This document shows, in pieces, positions 1 to 9,462 of a stretch of DNA of 64,000 bases (position 1 is the first letter of the stretch; each line of letters begins with the position of its first letter). A program made the translations under genes and the position numbers. The notes beneath the pieces were generated by a model. The model did not search any database, was not told the origin of the DNA, and saw nothing but the letters and a program-made list of their open reading frames with translations. The stretch is from a virus (lineage: Duplodnaviria; Caudoviricetes). The stretch lies in the IMG/VR virus record IMGVR_UViG_2927464213_000002, positions 57,914-121,913 of that record; one strand, 5' to 3'.

Positions 1-2089
1 CCTGCGAGCTGTGCTGCGCTGCGGCGTCGCCGGCCCGCCTCGGCTCCATCAGTGCCGCGCCTTCGGGATCAGGACCGGGGGAAATATAGCGCTCGCGCTC
101 CATCGCTTTAGCGCCCGCCTGTGATTTTCGGAGTTGACCTAATGCGGCATCGATCGTCCGGATGCCACCGAAGTCCTTTTTATAGGCCTCGACATCTTCA
201 TCCAACGCCCCGCCGGAAAGCCGAGTAGCAATGCCCTTCTTGTTATTTTCACGCAGGTGGTGACCGAAACTGCGAAGAGCAGTCGCATACACACCGCCGG
301 TACTTGTCGCTGCTTCGTTTTGGTACTCTATGATGAGAGCCGCGTCCTGGAGGTAAGGATTTAGCTCAGTGGTGGCTGTGACCGTCACTCCGCCCGTCGA
401 CTGAAAGGTCCGGAGAAGACCTATTGACCTAATAAGGAGGCGACTGCCCTTACCCTTTTCGATGAACTCACGCGCATCATCGGTCAGCGACTCTTTTTCG
501 AGCCGATCAACAATGCTCGTTTTGTTATTTGCCAAGAGCCAGCGGCCAAAGGCGCGAAGCGGGCCTACAAGGTCTTTGGCGGTGCGTTCGGCGGCGTTGC
601 CACTGCGGAGGGCCTCCTCAAGCCCCGAAATAAGGGGAGCATCCTCGGAATAAAGAGGCTTCCTCCGCCCTCTCAAAATCCCAGTTGACTGAGCCGGCTG
701 CGGCGCCGACGACGACGGGCCGGGTTCGTCCATCCGGCCCAAATCCTGATCGTGGCCTTCCGCAGGAAGAAATTCCTCTGGCCAACTGCCAGCTTGCTGC
801 GACGCACTGTGCTGCGCAGCGGCGTCGCCGACCTGCATCGACTCCATCAGGGCCGCGTCTTTGGGATCAATATGCCGCTCGAGCTCCATCGCGTTAGCGC
901 CGGCCTGCGATTTTCGGAGTTGAGCCAGAGCGGCACCGATCCTCGAATCAGCACCGGCGCCCTTCTTATAGCTATTGATATCTTCATCCAACGCCCCGCC
1001 GGAAAGCCGAGTAGCAATGCCCTTCTTGTTATTTTCACGCAGGTAGTGACCGAAACTGCGAAGAGCAGTTGCATACATCCGGCCGGTACTTGTCGCTGTT
1101 TCTTTTTTGTACTCGTTGATGAGATCCGCGTCCTGAGGGTGAGGATTTAGCTCAGTGCGGGCTGTGACCGTCACTCCGCCCGTCGACTGGAAGGTCCGGA
1201 GATGGTTCAATTCCTCTGACCAACTGCCAGCTTGCTGCGACGCACTGTGCTGCGCAGCGGCGTCGCCGACCTGCATCGACTCCATCAGGGCCGCGTCTTT
1301 GGGATCAAAATGGCGCTCGGGCTCCATCGCCTTAGCGCCGGCCTGCGATTTTCGGAGTTGAGCCAGAGCGGCACCGATCCTCGAATCAGCACCGGCGCCC
1401 TTCTTATAGCTATTGACATCTTCATCCAACGCCCCGCCGGAAAGCCGAGTAGCAATGCCCTTCTTGTTGTTTTCACGCAGGTAGTGACCGAAACTGCGAA
1501 GAGCAGTTGCATACATCCTGCCGGTACTTGTCGCTGTTTCTTTTTTGTACTCGTTGATGAGATCCGCGTCCTGAGGGTGAGGATTTAGCTCAGTGCGGGC
1601 TGTGACCGTCACTCCGCCCGTCGACTGGAAGGTCCGGAGATGGTTCAATGCCGCAAGGATATTCGAGGGACGCCTCTTTTCGAACTCGCGTGCATCATGG
1701 GTCAGCGACGGGTCGTTGAGCCGAGCAACAATGCTCGTTTTGTTATTTGCGAAGAGCCAGCCGCCAAAGCTGCGAAGTGAAGTTAGATAGTCCCCAGCGT
1801 TGCGGTGGGTGGGGTTGCCGATAAGGGCCTTCTCAAGCCCCGAAATAAGGCGAGCGTCCTCGGAATAAAGGAGATGCTTGCCCTGCCGTCCTATCAAAAC
1901 CCAAGTTGACTGAGCCGACTGCAGCGCCGAGGCGGCCGGCATTGCTCCACCACCTCCATCTGAGTTGGCGATCTCGCTCAATTGCCGCTCAAAGGTCGCC
2001 GCGGCTGCGGACGGAGCCGCGGGTGAGCTCTCTTGCGGGCCCGTGCTGTCCGATTGTTCATGCACCGACTTGGTCGAGGGGAAATCCAT
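1..2089 (-). CDS. Repeat-rich putative type III secreted effector (NopD/Bel2-5-like N-terminal repeat region); runs off the left window edge
   Basis: Manual translation gives an open frame from ATG at 2089 (MDFPSTKSVHEQSDSTGPQESS...) to base 1, with repeated modules LYSEDAxLISGLExAL...LRxFGxWLxANNKTSIVxRL and NPxxQDAxLIxEY...LRSFGHxLRENNKKGIATRLSGG. Ser/Pro-rich N-terminus and an upstream tts box. Absent from the ORF track because it has no stop in the window. The family call is from recall; any C-terminal protease domain would lie outside the window. Confidence 0.8.
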   Translation of the reverse strand, partial: MDFPSTKSVHEQSDSTGPQESSPAAPSAAAATFERQLSEIANSDGGGGAMPAASALQSAQSTWVLIGRQGKHLLYSEDARLISGLEKALIGNPTHRNAGDYLTSLRSFGGWLFANNKTSIVARLNDPSLTHDAREFEKRRPSNILAALNHLRTFQSTGGVTVTARTELNPHPQDADLINEYKKETATSTGRMYATALRSFGHYLRENNKKGIATRLSGGALDEDVNSYKKGAGADSRIGAALAQLRKSQAGAKAMEPERHFDPKDAALMESMQVGDAAAQHSASQQAGSWSEELNHLRTFQSTGGVTVTARTELNPHPQDADLINEYKKETATSTGRMYATALRSFGHYLRENNKKGIATRLSGGALDEDINSYKKGAGADSRIGAALAQLRKSQAGANAMELERHIDPKDAALMESMQVGDAAAQHSASQQAGSWPEEFLPAEGHDQDLGRMDEPGPSSSAPQPAQSTGILRGRRKPLYSEDAPLISGLEEALRSGNAAERTAKDLVGPLRAFGRWLLANNKTSIVDRLEKESLTDDAREFIEKGKGSRLLIRSIGLLRTFQSTGGVTVTATTELNPYLQDAALIIEYQNEAATSTGGVYATALRSFGHHLRENNKKGIATRLSGGALDEDVEAYKKDFGGIRTIDAALGQLRKSQAGAKAMERERYISPGPDPEGAALMEPRRAGDAAAQHSSQ
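780..1648. repeat. Near-identical 438-bp (146-codon) in-frame tandem duplication inside the effector, with more diverged copies at about 1-410 and 420-700/1640-1920
   Basis: 780-1210 and 1218-1648 align almost base for base. The shadow ORFs at 1155 and 1593 are offset by 438 bp. Confidence 0.9.
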
Positions 2090-2247
2090 CCGTTCTCACC
2101 TTCAAAATATGAACATGGGCTTCGATCTGACATGCTGGGAATCAGCAACAAACCACCCTTTACGGCCCTCGACAGGCGCGCACCGTGAGCATCGGCAGCC
2201 GATGTTTTTGCAAGGCGACCAGCCCTGTATGTTTTGTTAAATGGGGA

Positions 2248-2267
2248 AGCTGTCGAGAACCTGATGA
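2248..2267 (-). promoter_or_regulatory. tts box (TtsI-dependent rhizobial T3SS promoter element)
   Basis: Minus strand reads tcaTCAGgTTcTCGacAGct, close to the consensus tcGTCAGcTTntcGaaAGct, about 160 bp upstream of the effector ATG. Confidence 0.75.
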
Positions 2268-2757
2268 CGACAATTGCCGCGCCAAGACAGCATGGTGCAT
2301 GTGCCTGCGCGCTTCGCCGTCAACAGCCGAGAGACCGAAGATACCGAAGATTCAGAGACAAAATACTGCTTCTCATCGGTGAGGCGTACGGCCAGCTTTC
2401 GCGGCTCCAGCCAACATCTTGACAGGATGCGCTGAACGCGCGAGGCAAAAATCGAAACGCAACCACTTTTGGTGCCTTACAATTCAGTATTGATCTTAAG
2501 ACGCCTATTGCTGAATCGGCTTGCAAATTTTGGACGCCGATCCCCCGGCTTAGGGGGGCAGAATTGCAGAATGACACCCACGTCACCCCAATAGACGAAC
2601 CATTCACCTGGTCGGTGCTCGTCGTTGTCCCGGCGTCGGGTAAGCTGGGTCAATTGGGACGAACCTGTGGTTTCTGACACTCGGTGCGGGGTGGAGCGCT
2701 TCGCGCTCAGTCCATACCGTAACAGGGCGGCTGGCTGGCCTTACCGGGATTTGTAAG

Positions 2758-2881
2758 GGACCACCGGCATCTGGTGCCGCGGCATCTCGTGCCGGTACCA
2801 CCGGCATCTCGTGCCGGTACCACCGGCATCTGGTGCCGGTACCACCGGAATCTCCTGCCGGTACCACCGGCACCAGGTGCC
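2758..2881. repeat. Tandem 22-bp iteron-like repeats (GTGCCGGTACCACCGGCATCTC), about 4 full plus partial copies; candidate phage replication origin
   Basis: Direct repeats read from the sequence, followed by an A-rich tract (2884-2925) and bracketed by a repeated GGCTGGCTGGCCT (about 2729 and 2930). Confidence 0.75.
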
Positions 2882-3001
2882 TACTAACCTATCAAGAAAC
2901 AACACTGAACCAACATTGAACCCAAAGAGGGCTGGCTGGCCTGTCGTTTGCATTAATTGGAGCGTCATGATAGCGAAAAGCAAACGACACCATAGGCGGA
3001 G

Positions 3002-3535
3002 ATGATCGAAGTGGACCAGGCCGAGAAGAAGCGCAAGCGCAGAGAGCCGTTTGCGACGGTCTGGGACGAGTACATCGGAAGAGCCCGCCAAGGCGCCGAG
3101 AGCAGGGGACTGAAGTTCGAAATCGATGCCCGCTACATCGAGCAGCTGTTTGCTGAACAAAACGACCGGTGCCGCATCAGCGGCCTCCCGCTGACGGCCG
3201 ACCGGAAGGTTATGCACCCGACCGCGTCGCTCGACCGCATCGAAAGCCACCGAGGCTACGAGAAGGGCAACGTGCAGTGGATCCACAAGGTCGTGAACAT
3301 CATGAAGAGCGACCATGACGAGGAATACTTCATCGCGATGTGCTCGCAGATCGCGGCGCACCGCGGAAACCCTGACGGACTGACGTCAAGGGAGCGAGCC
3401 GCGCTCGCCGGCCAGGCTCAGTGCTCGAAGCCCGCGAAGCGCACTTCCGGCACCCACAATTTCAAGACAGCGCCGAAGCCTGTCCGGCCGCCGGCCCCGG
3501 ATCAGTTCGCCTCGGCGGGAGGGATGCTGTTCTGA
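3002..3535 (+). CDS. HNH-type endonuclease (phage)
   Basis: QNDRCRISGLPL...ASLDRIESHRGYEKGNVQWIHKVVNIMK beta-beta-alpha-metal motif. Confidence 0.75.
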   Translation: MIEVDQAEKKRKRREPFATVWDEYIGRARQGAESRGLKFEIDARYIEQLFAEQNDRCRISGLPLTADRKVMHPTASLDRIESHRGYEKGNVQWIHKVVNIMKSDHDEEYFIAMCSQIAAHRGNPDGLTSRERAALAGQAQCSKPAKRTSGTHNFKTAPKPVRPPAPDQFASAGGMLF

Positions 3536-3565
3536 GTGGCATTTCTGCACCACTTGGACCCTCGT

Positions 3566-3641
3566 TTGCATTCTTTTGATCGACCCTTGACGGAAACTGC
3601 ATATGGGGGTATCTACTGCGCTACGTTAGCATTCGTGCAAA
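3566..3641 (+). promoter_or_regulatory. Sigma70-like promoter with downstream palindromic operator
   Basis: TTGACG (3587-3592), then TATCTA at 17-bp spacing, then TTAGCATTCGTGCAAA (3626-3641). Same layout as 20089-20158. Confidence 0.6.
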
Positions 3642-3904
3642 CGGCCATCATCAAGCCCCCAACCCAGCCAGCCGGTTCCCGCCGGACTGGCCGGCGCGGG
3701 CAGAGGAACCCAATGACCCTCACGGACCTGCAATTCGTGGCGGCACTCGGCGTGCTCACCATGAAATTGCTCGTCCTGACCTTCGGGGCGCTCGCCATCA
3801 CCTCGATGGCGTTTGTGATCACCGCCGTCTGCAAACGCTGACACCAAGTTACCCAGAGCCCGGTCTCGCCCACGGCAGACCGGGGCACCCTTTCCGGAGC
3901 GACC

Positions 3905-4198
3905 ATGCCTCGCAGACGCCGACGCCAGGAAGAAGATCTCGTTCATGCCGCCGTCGAGGCGTTGGAGGATGAGATCCGATGCTGGCAGCAGCGGGAGAGG
4001 CCGTATTCCGGCGACATGGTCACGCTGACGCGCTGGCCGCTCAGCCGCATTGCTGGACCAATCGGTCCTGCCGAGGTCGACGCTCAGGCGATGCAGACCA
4101 TCGAGCACATCGATCTTCAGAAAAACGAGGTTCCGTTCTTCCTCCGCTATCGCGGCATGGAGGCGGCGATCAAGAAGATCCGCGAGCTGGAAGCATGA
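3905..4198 (+). CDS. Hypothetical phage protein
   Basis: GGAG RBS; overlaps the next start (ATGA); high-GC3 codon usage. Confidence 0.6.
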   Translation: MPRRRRRQEEDLVHAAVEALEDEIRCWQQRERPYSGDMVTLTRWPLSRIAGPIGPAEVDAQAMQTIEHIDLQKNEVPFFLRYRGMEAAIKKIRELEA

Positions 4199-4573
4199 AG
4201 CAGCTCGGTGACATCCTGCTGGGCCTCGGGCTCGGCCTCACGATCGCGGCCCTGATCGCCAACAACTGGCGGCGGTCGAAGCCTCGCGTCCATGGCTGGA
4301 GCGAAGCCGACGCCGAGCTGCTGACGATGCCGGCGCACGAGCGCCTGGCCCGGCAGCTCGCCGTCCGGGCAGGCGCCCCCGAGTTCATGTGGCGGCGGTA
4401 CACGCCGCTCGCCGTTTCGATCATCCTGAGGAAGCCGTCATGAGCCGTCGTCGCCAGCTGCAGATCATCCGCGATCAGATCCACGCCGAGATGCGGGACG
4501 GCCTGACGCAGACCATGCTGATCGCCTTCCTGGTGATCGCCGCGATCGACGTCATCGCCCGGAACATCCACTG

Positions 4574-4909
4574 ATGGCGCGGACTGGCAATTACCAGATC
4601 CCGTTCGACGAGGCCGGTAACCAGCTCCATTACCCGGAGGTCTGGACCTTCGTGAACGGCAAGCGCGGCGACGTCGTCTGGCGCGACAACGTGCCGTTCC
4701 AGGCCAAGCTGACCTACACCGGCTTCAACCGCGGCCGGTCGGCGGCCTACCTCGACTTCACCGACGAGAACGGCAAGTCGGTCACCTTCTTCATGAAGGA
4801 CTTCGACAAGCTCGTCCCGCACCTGAGCGGGGGCGCCGTCACCGGCACATTCATCTTCGTCAAGCGCGGCCAGAACTACGGCTGCCAGCTGATCGAGCCC
4901 GTCGCGTGA
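4574..4909 (+). CDS. Hypothetical phage protein
   Basis: TGATG coupling with the upstream ORF; typical codon usage. Confidence 0.7.
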   Translation: MARTGNYQIPFDEAGNQLHYPEVWTFVNGKRGDVVWRDNVPFQAKLTYTGFNRGRSAAYLDFTDENGKSVTFFMKDFDKLVPHLSGGAVTGTFIFVKRGQNYGCQLIEPVA

Positions 4910-5434
4910 GCGTCGGCCAGGGCAAGGCGCTTCGCGCTCACCAGCACAAGATGAACCGCAAGCAGGACATCTCCGATCGCCGCGGTCGCGAGTTGCAGGA
5001 GCGCGTCGAGCAGCGCCGCAAGGCGAGGCAGCTCCGCAAACCAGTTTCCAAGAGCCCGTGATCTGCTCCGAGCAGCACGGGTCCACCCTTCAGAGAGAAC
5101 CATGCCCGCCAAGAAGACCGCCGAGAAGTCCGCAGCCGTCATCACGGTCAAGGACGCGCCCGAGATGACCAAGCGCGGCCGGCGCCAGGTCGCCGAGTGG
5201 ATGCGCAAGCAGGCCGACTTCCTGGAGTTCGAGGGCAAGGCGTTCTCGAAGCGCTTCACCGCGCGCTACCTCTATCGCTGATGGCCAGCGATACCTGCGA
5301 TGCCTGCGGCAAAACGGAAGAAGGCGTCGCCTGGTTCGCAGCAGCCTTTCGAAAGGTACGGCTTAAAAAAGATAAGCCTGATCCCGGAAACCTCTGCGGA
5401 GGATGCGCCGGCTCCATCACCGGAAAAGAAATCG

Positions 5435-5689
5435 GTGCCGAAGTCTCCGGCCGAGCCAAGGCCTGATCCGATCTCGACCAGCCCGTTCGCGTTGCAAGCC
5501 TACGAGCTGATCAAGGTTCTGGATCCGCTCGTCGGTGTGGCCGAGGCGACCTTCTTCATGAACCGCAGCAACGAAATGCTCGGCGGCATCACCCCGGTGA
5601 CCGCGATCAAGCAAGGCCGGCTCGACGACGTCAAGCGCGCCGTGCGCGCGGTCGCAGCAGAGAAGGGCGTCTTCCAGACGCCGTTGTGA
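5435..5689 (+). CDS. Xre/MbcA/ParS-type antitoxin C-terminal domain protein (no cognate toxin nearby); start uncertain
   Basis: EATFFMNRSNEMLGGITPVTAIKQGRLDDVKRAV matches the WL..PN..LGG.TP..LL..G pattern. Confidence 0.6.
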   Translation: MPKSPAEPRPDPISTSPFALQAYELIKVLDPLVGVAEATFFMNRSNEMLGGITPVTAIKQGRLDDVKRAVRAVAAEKGVFQTPL

Positions 5690-6080
5690 TGAAGACCAAA
5701 ACCCGGAAGCCGGCGAAGCGGTATCGACCGCTCGCTTGCGGCTGCTGCGACAGCATCGACTGTCGCGAAACCATCAACCATCAAATCGAGTGGCGCGAGG
5801 CACAAGATGAGCTTGCAGACGATCACCCCGTGGTGCGCCGTAGTTGCGGCGAGCGAGACGATCGCTAGGCAGTACATGGACGCCTTCAAGCTCTCGTCCG
5901 AGATCTGGGATGCGCGCCAGCACGACACGGCGCTCGGCGCCCAGTACGAGCACATCGTGCTGATCCGGCCGCACTGGCGCATGGCGCCCGCCGAGGTCGC
6001 CCACTTCGAAAGGAACGTCCTGCCGATGTGGCTGACCCGCCTGTCGCCGAACGGCAAACTGAAAGTCATCTGAGGACATC

Positions 6081-6620
6081 ATGGACGCCGCCGAAGTCAC
6101 CGACCACAAGCCAGTTTCGATCTGGAACAAACTCAACCCGCTATGGTGGCTCGTCGGCGATGACGGCTGGAACGTGCCGGACGTCAACAACGGCGCGCCG
6201 TACCTGCCGGAGGTGACCAACATCTGGCTGCGGCGCTTCTACTGGTTCATCTGCCGCAACCCGCTGATGAACTTCGTCGGCTACGTGCTCGGCGTCGAGG
6301 ACAAGAACTACTGGGTCTACGGCTCGGACCAGGTGCTGCGCACCACCGGCCGCGACTGCACCCCGCAGGCCTTCGGCTTCCGCTGGGCGGTGCTCGACCC
6401 GGGCGTCTCGTTCGGCGCCATCGCGGTCACGCTGATCGCCGCCGCGCTCGCATGGTTCATCCATCCGGCGTTCGCCGTGGTCCTCCCAATCTCGCTGTTC
6501 AAGGCGGCCGGTCTCTTGCCGTTCGTCAACTACTGGAACGGCTCTCTCGAGTTTTACCTGGGCTGGCGGCCGGCAAGCGGCGGCTTCGGCACCAAGATCA
6601 TTTTCACGGAAAGCACATGA
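6081..6620 (+). CDS. Phage membrane protein, hypothetical
   Basis: GAGG RBS, Trp-rich, hydrophobic segment, YLGWRP C-terminal motif. Confidence 0.7.
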   Translation: MDAAEVTDHKPVSIWNKLNPLWWLVGDDGWNVPDVNNGAPYLPEVTNIWLRRFYWFICRNPLMNFVGYVLGVEDKNYWVYGSDQVLRTTGRDCTPQAFGFRWAVLDPGVSFGAIAVTLIAAALAWFIHPAFAVVLPISLFKAAGLLPFVNYWNGSLEFYLGWRPASGGFGTKIIFTEST

Positions 6621-7099
6621 TCATCGAAGCCATCATCCTCGGCGTCGCTCTCTACGCCGGCCTCTCCTCGATCGGCGACGCCATCGACAATGTCGCGGTC
6701 GGCATCGAGCAGGCCTCGCTCAACCAGATGGCGTTCTTCCAGGACGACGAAGACGACGAGGAGGGCAAGTGATGCCGTTCCCGCTGTCCATCTTCCTGTT
6801 CAGCTACGTGATCTGGCAGGCCTCGATCGAGCGCGCCTTCACGTTCAACCCGGTCGAGCTGCGCCCGTGACGATCACCCTCAATTCCTGGGCCATCCCGG
6901 TCTTCTTGACCGCGCTGCTCTGGCTCGCCGTCCAGCTCTGGCCGGTCTCCGAGAACAACGGCGGCTTCGGCTTCAGCCAGGCCTTCGACTATCTGCTCCA
7001 CGCCGTTGTCGGCATCATCGCCACGCTGGTGATCTGGCTCGTTTATTTCGCCACGCGCTTCGCCATCGGCTGAGCCGGCGCGCACCAAAAGCCACGCCA

Positions 7100-7606
7100 A
7101 TGAAACTGCTGCAACTCGCCCTCGCGGGCGTGCTGATGCTGTGCGCCCTGGCGCCAGCGTCAGCGAGGGACGTGCCGGTCCAGGTCGAGTCGGGCCGCAA
7201 CGTCACGTTCATCACGGACGATCCCGGCGGGCTCATCGTGGACTTCGTCAAGAAGTACTCCGACATGCGCGACGCCAGGACGAAGGTCGTCCTGACCGGC
7301 GAGTGCGTCTCGGCCTGCACCTTGATGCTGAGCATCCTGCGGCCCGAGCTGGTGTGCGCGATGCCGGAGGCTGCCCTCGGCTTCCATTCAGCATCGACCA
7401 TCACGAAGGAGCCGGGCAAGCCAGACGTCATCGAGCACGCTCCGGAGATCTCGCTGCTGGTCTTCAACAGCTATCCGGCCAAGGTACGTTCGTTCCTCGA
7501 AGCGCGCGGCTGGCGCGGTGCCAATGCACACCCGGACATCATCTGGGTGAGGGGAAAGAACCTCCGGAAGATGATCCGGCCTTGCACCGAGGCAGACATG
7601 TCATGA
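7100..7606 (+). CDS. Secreted ClpP/crotonase-like protein
   Basis: Signal peptide; ITDDPGG...VVLTGECVSACT...LGFH motif. Confidence 0.6.
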   Translation: MKLLQLALAGVLMLCALAPASARDVPVQVESGRNVTFITDDPGGLIVDFVKKYSDMRDARTKVVLTGECVSACTLMLSILRPELVCAMPEAALGFHSASTITKEPGKPDVIEHAPEISLLVFNSYPAKVRSFLEARGWRGANAHPDIIWVRGKNLRKMIRPCTEADMS

Positions 7607-7956
7607 AGCGCCGCCGCCCGCTCGACCGCCGCAAGCTGCCGTCGATCATCAAGATCGGCATCTTCGAGTATCGGCTGCTCCACTGGAATCCGTTGGAGGC
7701 CGACGCAGAAGGCTGCAAGGGGATGTGCAACATCTTCGAGTTCTGGATCAAGGTCCGCGAGGATCTGCCGGACTCAGGCTTCGCCGAGACGCTCGAACAC
7801 GAGATCAACCACGCCTGCTGGGAAGCCGCAAAGCTGAAGAGCCGTGCGGCCGAAGAGACGGTCATCAACCGACTGACCCCGGTGATGATCATGGCCCGGC
7901 GCGACAACCCGCAAATCTACGCCTGGATCGACCAGGCCATCGCCCAGAAAGAATAG
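7603..7956 (+). CDS. HExxH metallopeptidase-like phage protein
   Basis: ETLEHEINHACW motif; ATGA overlap with the previous gene. Confidence 0.6.
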   Translation: MKRRRPLDRRKLPSIIKIGIFEYRLLHWNPLEADAEGCKGMCNIFEFWIKVREDLPDSGFAETLEHEINHACWEAAKLKSRAAEETVINRLTPVMIMARRDNPQIYAWIDQAIAQKE

Positions 7957-7958
7957 CC

Positions 7959-8222
7959 ATGCTCAACGCCATGGTCGCGTCGTCGAAGACGCACGCCGCA
8001 GCCATGATCCGTTGGCTCGGTCTCAAGCCTGAAGAGTGGGAGCCGATCGCCTACGGCGATCCGATCCATAAGATGTTCGCCAACGTGCGCCTGGTGCGCC
8101 CGAGCGAAGGCGTCGACCAGGCTCACACCGACTGGGTGCTGGAGAAGCTCGTTCCGTACATCTGTCTGACCTGCACGACGGTGCCGCTGAACTGGCGCAT
8201 TCCGCAGGAACACGTCTCCTGA
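7959..8222 (+). CDS. Hypothetical phage protein
   Basis: ATG directly after the previous stop; codon usage. Confidence 0.6.
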   Translation: MLNAMVASSKTHAAAMIRWLGLKPEEWEPIAYGDPIHKMFANVRLVRPSEGVDQAHTDWVLEKLVPYICLTCTTVPLNWRIPQEHVS

Positions 8223-8344
8223 AAGAGAACATGAAGAAGAAGCACATCAGGAAGGTATCCAAGAACACCAAGCTGACCGAGTTGCGGCTGGAGCGTAAGC
8301 GCCGACGCAAGCGCAAGGCAGCTGGCTAACGAACAACCATCCCC

Positions 8345-9215
8345 GGAGCACAGAACAGGGAGCAGGGTCAATGAGCCCTGACCGACTGCTCAGCCCGGCC
8401 TGCGGCGGGGGTTTCTCCTCCTTTACCCCGCCGCGCCCGATGACAAATCAGCTCAGCTGCAAAACATCGGGCACCTGACATTCTCTTTACGTTCTCTTGC
8501 GGAAAAAAGTTGCCCGTTTTTGGAAAGACTTTTCCGGGCATGAGACGTTCCACGAACAGGTGGCGTACCGCACCGGCAACGGTGTCGGCTCTAACGGGTA
8601 AGCCAGTAGCCCGTAGTCCTCGTAATTCTTCAAAGCGGCCCCTGAGGGGAACGGCTGATCCCCGTCAACGCGATGCAGTTGAGGCACAGGCTCGTCGACT
8701 TCTGGATTGGACGCGCCCCACCTGTTTGGCTCGTGATGACACGCGGCGGCGTTATACGCACAGCCTATCGGCGAAGAGGTCCATGGTAAGTCGCCGACGA
8801 CCGTTTGAGGCCAGCGTGATGCAGGTCGAGGTCGAAAGGATCCGAGTCGTCGTCCTGTGGGATGACGACGGTCACGAGCCAACTATTATACCCCCAAGAG
8901 CGGTGACGCGACATGCGTCCAGCGCAGGAACTGCGCGATGGCGATGGTGCCCCACGAGCCCTGTAATCCGACACGAGGTGCGCCGCTCTTGTTTATCTTT
9001 CCCCCACGGTGGGCTCACCAGTTCTGCTCGCAGTAGCCTGGACCCCGTAAGCCGAACTGCAGGCCGTGATAGGTCGATCGCGCGATCGACCTTTTGGTTG
9101 CTGGTAACCTCCAACCCCGCAAGGGGCGGTGGCCCGAAGTGCGGGTCGAACAAAGCCAGAGCTTTTCCTCGGTGCTAGCCGTCGAGGGCTCGCGTAGACC
9201 GCAAGCCCTCGACCA
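8345..9215 (+). ncRNA. Cluster of putative structured non-coding RNAs (strand inferred from flanking genes)
   Basis: No credible CDS. Adjacent elements are closed by 9-11 bp terminal helices (8555-8563/8718-8726; 8726-8736/8872-8882; 8895-8905/8981-8991), with many internal hairpins and GCAA tetraloops. Confidence 0.65.
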
Positions 9216-9222
9216 AGATCTC

Positions 9223-9348
9223 TTACTTGCCGCCACCACCGGGGTCATGCCCGCCGCCAGCGATGGCCGGCTGCGAGTGGATGATGACGCCGGCCGTCCC
9301 GCCAATCACGGCGAGCATCAGTGCAACGGCCACCAGGATCTTGCGCAT
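9223..9348 (-). CDS. 41-aa secreted peptide MRKILVAVALMLAVIGGTAGVIIHSQPAIAGGGHDPGGGGK
   Basis: Manual translation; GAGAGG RBS; signal-peptide pattern ending in AIA; downstream hairpin at 9181-9213. Confidence 0.65.
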   Translation of the reverse strand: MRKILVAVALMLAVIGGTAGVIIHSQPAIAGGGHDPGGGGK

Positions 9349-9462
9349 ATAGCACCTCTCAGGTTGACGCTCTTATTAGTTCTGGTTCCACCAGCGGAAG
9401 TTCAAGAGAGGGGCGGTTCATTACAAACTTTTCATGGGTATCGGGCAACCGAGAGTATTCTT

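Noticed and set aside
462-2240. Many short ORF-track ORFs, some duplicated
   Set aside because: They are shadows of the single long minus-strand effector frame and its repeats.
2758-2881. CRISPR array
   Set aside because: The repeats are contiguous with no unique spacers, and there are no cas genes.
9150-9222. HDV-like (theta) ribozyme suggested by TTCCTCGG
   Set aside because: I could not build consistent P1/P2/P3 pairings by eye. A descriptor search would be needed.
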